From contig CAVPSB010000035.1 in NCBI GenBank assembly GCA_963708025.1, positions 10,800 through 74,799 on the forward strand: a stretch of DNA of 64,000 nt, given 5' to 3'. Positions 58,841-64,000 of this stretch are shown piece after piece. The translations under genes and the position numbers were made by a program. Within the stretch, counting starts at the first letter, position 1. Each line of letters begins with the position of its first letter. The DNA is from an uncultured Candidatus Rokubacteria bacterium. Its GTDB lineage: Bacteria; Methylomirabilota; Methylomirabilia; Rokubacteriales; DASRDR01. The notes beneath the pieces were generated by a model. It made no database searches. It was not told the DNA's origin and saw only the letters and a list, made by a program, of their open reading frames with translations.

Positions 58841-60184
58841 ATGAGTTCTGGTACAGTCCTTCGCATCGTGCCGGAGCGGGTGGGGCGGGTGACGGCGGCG
58901 ATCGCGCAGCGTGCGGACATCTACGTGGGCCGGCTGCGGGAGCTCGTCCGTGTGGCGCAGGACGGCGAGGGCGCCACCCAGGAGTGGGTGGCGTCGGCCC
59001 TGCGTGAGGCCGGTTGCGCGGTGGAGAGCTTTCGCTACGCGCCTCGCCGCCTGTCCGCCGCCCATCAGTTCGCGAAGGATGCGAGCGGCCCCGCCGAGCG
59101 TACCTGCGTGGTCGGTCGCCTGGGCGCCGACCGACCGGAGGCTGCCCGGTTGCTCCTCTTCGCCCACCCCGACGTCGAGCCGGTGGCCGGCGTCGAGCGG
59201 TGGCGGCACGCACCCTTCGCGGGGGCCTTGGAGAACGGCCGCGTCTACGGGTGGGGCGTCGCCGACGACCTGGCTGGCGTGGCAACGATGCTGAGCGCGG
59301 TGGCCGCCGTCCGGGACGCCGGTCTCGCTCTGCGCCGCGGCCTGATCGCCGCCAGCACGCCGAGCAAGCGGTCCGGCCTGGGGATCGTCGCCCTCCTCGA
59401 CCGTGGCCACCACGCCGACGGGGCCGTGTACCTCCACCCCGCCGAGTCCGGGCGTGGGCTCACCGAGATCAAGGCGGTGACCCCGGGGCTCCTCCGCTTC
59501 CGGCTGACCGTGCCGGGCCGGCCGGCCGACACGCGCGAACCCGAGCAGACGCCGTTCCACCATCACGCGATCAATCCCATCGAGAAGGCGTGCGACCTGG
59601 TGGGGGCTCTCCGGACGCTCGCCGAGCGCCGGGCCGGCCGCGTCCGTCACGCCGCGCTGGACGCGGCGATCGGGCGCGCGACCAACCTCCAGCTCGCGTA
59701 CGTGCACGCCGGTGAGCCGGATCACTTGGGCTGGGTGAGCGGGGCGTGCGTGCTGGCCGGCACGGTGACGTTCCCGCCGGACGAACGGATGGAGGACGTG
59801 CAGAAGGAGGTTGCCGACGCCGTCACTGGGGCGGTCGCCGGCGACCCGTGGCTCCGCGACCATGCCCCGGCCCTCGAGTGGCTCGCCGGCGCGCGCGGCG
59901 CAGCGGTGGCCTCCGAGGACCCCCTGCGCCGCGCGCTCGCCGGGACCATCGAGGCCGTGACGGGGTGCGAGCCCGCCGTCAACGCGCTCCACGCCTCGAG
60001 CGACATCGGCCACCCGATCCTTCATGCCGGCATCCCGACGCTCGGCTTCGGGCCGCGGGCCGGCGACCTCGTGCAGGCCGGTGGATACGACGAGTGGGTG
60101 GACGTGCCCGACTACATCCGGGCGATCACGGTCACGGCGCGGCTGGTCGCCGACTGGTGCGACGCCGCCGAGGCGCGCCCGTGA
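58841..60184 (+). CDS. M20 family metallopeptidase / deacylase (ArgE/DapE-like)
   Basis: 447 aa. Contains LLLFAHPDVEP...GWGVADDLAG. Confidence 0.8.
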   Translation: MSSGTVLRIVPERVGRVTAAIAQRADIYVGRLRELVRVAQDGEGATQEWVASALREAGCAVESFRYAPRRLSAAHQFAKDASGPAERTCVVGRLGADRPEAARLLLFAHPDVEPVAGVERWRHAPFAGALENGRVYGWGVADDLAGVATMLSAVAAVRDAGLALRRGLIAASTPSKRSGLGIVALLDRGHHADGAVYLHPAESGRGLTEIKAVTPGLLRFRLTVPGRPADTREPEQTPFHHHAINPIEKACDLVGALRTLAERRAGRVRHAALDAAIGRATNLQLAYVHAGEPDHLGWVSGACVLAGTVTFPPDERMEDVQKEVADAVTGAVAGDPWLRDHAPALEWLAGARGAAVASEDPLRRALAGTIEAVTGCEPAVNALHASSDIGHPILHAGIPTLGFGPRAGDLVQAGGYDEWVDVPDYIRAITVTARLVADWCDAAEARP

Positions 60185-61197
60185 TCTATCGCCAGCTCGG
60201 TCGCGCCGGCCTCCGCGTCTCCTGCCTCACGCTCGGGGGCGGGAACTTCGGGGACATGACCTCCGAGGAGACGGCCGGCCAGATCATGCAGGAGGCGATC
60301 GACCGGGGGATCAACGCCTTCGATACCGCGGACGCCTACGTGGGCGGCGAGAGCGAGCGGATCATCGGCCGGTTCCTCCGGACCACCGGCCAGCGCGACC
60401 GGGTCCTCGTCGTGACCAAGGTGTACTATCCCACCGGCCCGGGACCGAACGACCAGGGACTGAGCCGGCACCACATCCTGCGCGCCTGCGAGGACTCGCT
60501 CCGACGGCTCCAGACCGACCGCATCGACCTCTACCTCACGCACCGGACCGCGAGCCTGGTCACGCCCATCGAGGAGACCCTCGAGGCTCTGACCGACCTC
60601 GTGCGCCAGGGCAAGGTCACCTACGTCGGGTGCTCCACCTACCCGGCGTGGCAGGTCATGGAAGCGCTCGGGGCCAGTGAGCGGCACGACTACGCGCGGT
60701 TCGTCGCGGAGTCGCCGCCCTACAACCTGCTGGACCGCCGCGCCGAGAACGAGCGGATCCCACTCTGCCTGAAGCACGGGCTCGGCGTGCTGCCCTGGTC
60801 GCCGCTGGCGATGGGGCTGCTGGCCGGGCGTTATCCGGCCGACGGGTCGTTCCCGGCGGGCTCCCGGGCGGCGCAGAACCCGCAAGGCATCTACGCCCAG
60901 CGGGTGAACCCGGCCGGCGCCCGGGTCGGCGCCCGGCTGGTCGAGCTGGCCACGAAGTACGGGCTGACCGCGGGGCAGCTCGCCCTGCTGTGGCTGAAGG
61001 ACCAGCCCGGGGTCACCTCGCCCATCGTGGGGCCGCGCACACCCGAGCAGCTCGACGAGATGCTCGAGATCGCCGATCGCGCGGCCGACGACGAGCTGCG
61101 GGCGAGTCTCGATGGCCTGAACCCGCCGGGGACGGCGGTCGCCAACTTCCACAACACGAGCGGCTGGATGAAGGAGCGGATCGACGACCCGGCGTGA
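60181..61197 (+). CDS. aldo/keto reductase
   Basis: GTG at 60181 overlaps the upstream stop. Contains YRQLGRAGLRVSCLTLGGGNFG...FDTADAYVGGESERIIG...IDLYLTHR...GKVTYVGCS. Confidence 0.9.
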   Translation: MIYRQLGRAGLRVSCLTLGGGNFGDMTSEETAGQIMQEAIDRGINAFDTADAYVGGESERIIGRFLRTTGQRDRVLVVTKVYYPTGPGPNDQGLSRHHILRACEDSLRRLQTDRIDLYLTHRTASLVTPIEETLEALTDLVRQGKVTYVGCSTYPAWQVMEALGASERHDYARFVAESPPYNLLDRRAENERIPLCLKHGLGVLPWSPLAMGLLAGRYPADGSFPAGSRAAQNPQGIYAQRVNPAGARVGARLVELATKYGLTAGQLALLWLKDQPGVTSPIVGPRTPEQLDEMLEIADRAADDELRASLDGLNPPGTAVANFHNTSGWMKERIDDPA

Positions 61198-61225
61198 GAC
61201 GGGATCGGCGAAGGAGGGTGCGCGC

Positions 61226-62056
61226 ATGAAGGCGAGACTCGTCCTTGCACTCGCGGTTTGGCTCACCGTGTCGCTCGCGGCCGGTCCGGTGTCCGGCCAG
61301 TCGCTCGGGGCGCCGCCGCTGCTGAACGCCGGCAAGCTGGTGGCCGCCACCAACGCGACGATCCCGCCCTACCAGTTCATCGACGCGACCGGCAAGCTCC
61401 AGGGGCTGCGGATCGAGCTCGCCGAGGAGATCGCCCGGCGGCTGGGGATCAAGATGGAGTGGGTCAACGTCGGCTTCGAGACCCACATCCCGGGGCTCCA
61501 GAGCGGCCGCTGGGACGCGAGCATCACCGGCATGTTCTTCACGCCGGAGCGGGCGAAGATCCTCTACCTGATCCCCTACGAGCTGCAGGCGATCAGCATC
61601 TCGGTCACGAAGGGCAATCCCGGCAAGATCGCCTCCCCGCGCGACCTGGCCGGCAAGCGCGTGGCCGTCGAGATCGGCGGCTACGAGTTTCGCCAGATCA
61701 ACCGGATCAACGACGAGCAGAAGGCGGCCGGCCTGGCCGCGATGGAGATCCGGACCTTCAGCACCTTCGCCGACGCCTACCAGGCGCTGCGCGCGGGCCA
61801 GGTCGACGCCGTCGTCAGCGTGGACGTGACCGCCAAGTTCTACCAGGACCGCGGCGAGTTCGAGCGGGCGGTCTCGGGGCTGGCCGGATCCCCGGCCACG
61901 CTCGCCTTCCGCTCCAAGGACGTCGCCGCCGCGGTGCTCCGGGTGCTGAACGAGATGCGACAGGACGGCGCCTACGACCGCCTGCTCGACAAGTGGGGCG
62001 CGGCCAAGATGCCGGCGGAGCGACCGCTCGAGCTGAAGGGCCCCGACCTCCCGTAG
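61226..62056 (+). CDS. polar amino acid ABC transporter substrate-binding protein (family 3)
   Basis: Signal peptide MKARLVLALAVWLTVSLAAGPVSG. Contains PPYQFIDATGKLQGLRIELAEEIARRLG. Confidence 0.9.
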   Translation: MKARLVLALAVWLTVSLAAGPVSGQSLGAPPLLNAGKLVAATNATIPPYQFIDATGKLQGLRIELAEEIARRLGIKMEWVNVGFETHIPGLQSGRWDASITGMFFTPERAKILYLIPYELQAISISVTKGNPGKIASPRDLAGKRVAVEIGGYEFRQINRINDEQKAAGLAAMEIRTFSTFADAYQALRAGQVDAVVSVDVTAKFYQDRGEFERAVSGLAGSPATLAFRSKDVAAAVLRVLNEMRQDGAYDRLLDKWGAAKMPAERPLELKGPDLP

Positions 62057-62082
62057 GGTCTCTCCCGGGCACGGAGGTAGAC

Positions 62083-63487
62083 ATGCGACACTCGCGCGCG
62101 AAGCTGTTCGCCTTCACGACCGCCGCCGGCGACCCGGCCCGTCTGGTCACCCGGATCATCGACCTCCATCGGTGGCGCCGGCGCTTCCCGGCCGGGCCGC
62201 AATGCTGCGCGAGTACCTCGCCTCCAGCGCGACGTGGCTAGCCTTCCACGACACCACGTTCGCCGACTACGTCGCCGGCTTTCCGCCGACGTCGGTGAAC
62301 GTGATCCTGCAGGTCGGCCACAACACGCTGCGCCTAATGATGGCGGGGCTCGACAGCCGGCCGCTGAGGGCCGACGAGCTCGCCACGATGGAGCGTCTGC
62401 TGGAGGAGGCGCTCGCCGCCGGCGCCTGGGGCTTGACGTCCGGCCTCTTCACCGCGCCCGGCAACTTCGCAGACGCCGCCGAGATTCATGCCCTCGCGCG
62501 CGTGCTACGCCGCCACGGCGCCGCGTACTCCACGCACGTGCGCGACGAGGCGGATCAAGTCTTCGAGGCCGTGCGGGAGGCGATCGCCGTCGCCGAAGCC
62601 ATCGGCGTCCACGTGCAGATCGCGCACCTCAAGCTCTCCGGCGTCAACAATTGGGGGGGCGCCGCCCGGTTCCTCGCGGAGATCGAGGCTGCGCGCGACC
62701 GCGGCGTGCCGATCGACTGCGACGCGTATCCCTACGACACTGCCACCAATCCGCTGCGGAACCTGCTGCCCCGCTGGGTGATGGAGGGCGGCATCCCGGC
62801 GATGTTGGAACGGCTCCGCGTCCGCGAAGTGCGCACCCGCATCCGCGACGAGATCGCGCGGACCGGGCTCACCAATTTCGGGCGCATCCCGTCCTGGGAC
62901 GCGGTGCGCGTGGCCATCTCGCCGCACCTGCCCGAGCACGCCGGGCGCACGCTGGGTGACATCGCACGCAGCCGCGGGGTCGATCCGATCGACGCTGTCG
63001 CCGACTACGTGGTGGCCGATCGCGGCGAGACCCGCATCCTCATCACGTCGATGACCGACGCGGACGTGCACGAGATCACCCGGGCGCCGTGGGTCACGGT
63101 GGGCTCGGACGGCAACGCGCTGGCCGTCACCGGCGTCACCGGCCAGGGCAAGCCCCACCCGCGTTACTACGGCACCCACGCGCACGTGCTGGGTCCGTGC
63201 GTGCGCGACCTCCGGTTGCTGACGCTGGAGACGGCGATCGCCAAGATGACCGGCGTCGCCGCCGGGCCCTGGGGCTGCGGGATCGCGGCCTGCTGCGGAC
63301 CGGCGCGTGGGCGGACGTGGCCGTGTTCGACCCCGCCCGGATCGCCGATCGCTCGACGTATGAGGACCCGCATCGTTACGCGGTCGGAGTCTCCACCGTG
63401 GTGGTCAACGGCCAGATCGTGATCGACGGCGGCGACCACACGGGCGCGCTCCCCGGCCGCGTGCTCCGGCGCTCGGCGGCTTCCTGA
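62083..63487 (+). pseudogene. N-acyl-D-amino-acid deacylase paralogue, N-terminally collapsed and frameshifted near 63260
   Basis: Only LVTRIIDLH remains of the PGFIDxH motif, and the following ~60 residues are missing. The body lies in ORF 62172..63422 (YSTHVRDEAD...QIAHLKLSG...DCDAYPYD). The end lies in ORF 63089..63487 (ADVAVFDPARIADRSTYEDP...VVVNGQIVI). Confidence 0.75.
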
Positions 63488-63663
63488 CGTCGGCGCCCGG
63501 CTTCCTTCATGTACCCCTCCTCGCCGCGCCGCTCGCCGCCGACGCCCAGCCGGGAAGGTCTACCGGATCGGCTACATGGGGACCACCCCGCCTCCGCCTC
63601 ACCGGTTGTACAGTGGGTCCCCTCCGTTTAGTGTAGACGCCTGTCGGAGTATGTGGGCGCCCC

Positions 63664-63770
63664 TCGGTTGCCGAAGCACCACCAGTTGGTCTTCCCGCTC
63701 CGAGCGCGGGCTTTGCCGGCGCCACCTCCGCGGGGGGGCATCGGGGGCGGCTTCCGAGACCCCCCCGAGG
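63664..63770 (+). repeat. REP-A element
   Basis: ...cttcccgctccgagcgcgggctttgccggcgccacctccgcgggggggcatcgggggcggcttccgagacccccccgagg. Confidence 0.7.
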
Positions 63771-63777
63771 ACCTAGC

Positions 63778-64000
63778 ATGCCAGGGTGGGACTGGTCGGC
63801 GTTCGGCCGTTACCTGCTGAGCCCCTACCTGCTGGAAGGGGCCTGGACCACGGTCTGGCTGTCGGTGGTCACCATGAGCCTCGGGCTCGCCCTCGGCCTC
63901 GTCGCGGCGCTCATGAACATGTCCCGGCACCGGGCGCTCCAGCAAGTGGCGCACTTCTACATCTGGCTGATGCGGGGGACGCCCCTCCTCGTGCAGCTCA
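63778..64000 (+). CDS. polar amino acid ABC transporter permease, N-terminal part (runs off window)
   Basis: ATG at 63778. Reads MPGWDWSAFGRYLLSPYLLEGAWTTVWLSVVTMSLGLALGLVAALMNMSRHRALQQVAHFYIWLMRGTPLLVQL. Confidence 0.8.
   Translation, partial: MPGWDWSAFGRYLLSPYLLEGAWTTVWLSVVTMSLGLALGLVAALMNMSRHRALQQVAHFYIWLMRGTPLLVQL

Noticed and set aside
13053-63770. Whether the recurring G-rich hairpins could be a CRISPR array.
   Set aside because: The copies are tens of kilobases apart and occur in both orientations. They have no regular repeat-spacer periodicity and no cas genes. They behave as dispersed REP-like elements.

Overview
This is a 64 kb, very G+C-rich bacterial chromosomal segment. GTG starts, ATGA/GTGA start-stop overlaps and Tat-type signal peptides are common. 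Because of the G+C content, most long antisense ORFs in the six-frame track are shadow ORFs.

**Content.** The window is dominated by binding-protein-dependent ABC importers interleaved with hydrolase and lyase catabolic genes:
- one Liv-type branched-chain system;
- two polar-amino-acid systems plus the start of a third;
- two Dpp/Opp-type systems with fused double ATPases;
- two orphan PF04392-type binding proteins;
- enzymes including OYE/FAD reductases, a 2-hydroxyacid dehydrogenase, an amidohydrolase, a BKACE plus 3-hydroxyacyl-CoA dehydrogenase pair, a CocE/NonD hydrolase, an agmatinase-like ureohydrolase, DUF1989, two D-aminoacylases, an M24 creatinase-like peptidase, MmgE/PrpD, two RidA proteins, an ArgH-like lyase, an M20 peptidase and an aldo-keto reductase.
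- Also present are an SPFH-NfeD pair, a vapBC module, a Uma2 nuclease, an MmyB-like regulator, and a class A PBP with a 2OG oxygenase and a GT2.
- This gene mix resembles uncultured soil lineages such as Rokubacteria. That placement is inference only.

**I found no recognisable complete defence system, CRISPR array, rRNA gene, intact tRNA gene or intact mobile element.**

**Most unusual signals:**
1. At three unrelated loci an intact gene is followed by cargo and then by a displaced, near-identical copy of that gene's own 3' end. The genes are the flavin reductase (three copies), the 2-hydroxyacid dehydrogenase and the agmatinase. Cargo includes a Uma2 nuclease, a thioesterase, and an 8 kb block carrying SPFH/NfeD and Liv genes.
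2. A visibly lower-G+C island of about 5 kb (49.3-54.1 kb) encodes about ten tiny membrane or stress proteins. It contains two back-to-back perfect sigma-54 promoter matches, a perfect 18-nt direct repeat and an IS91-like transposase scar.
3. About 20 single-base frameshifts are concentrated in a subset of genes.
4. There are two families of G-rich hairpin (REP-like) intergenic repeats.
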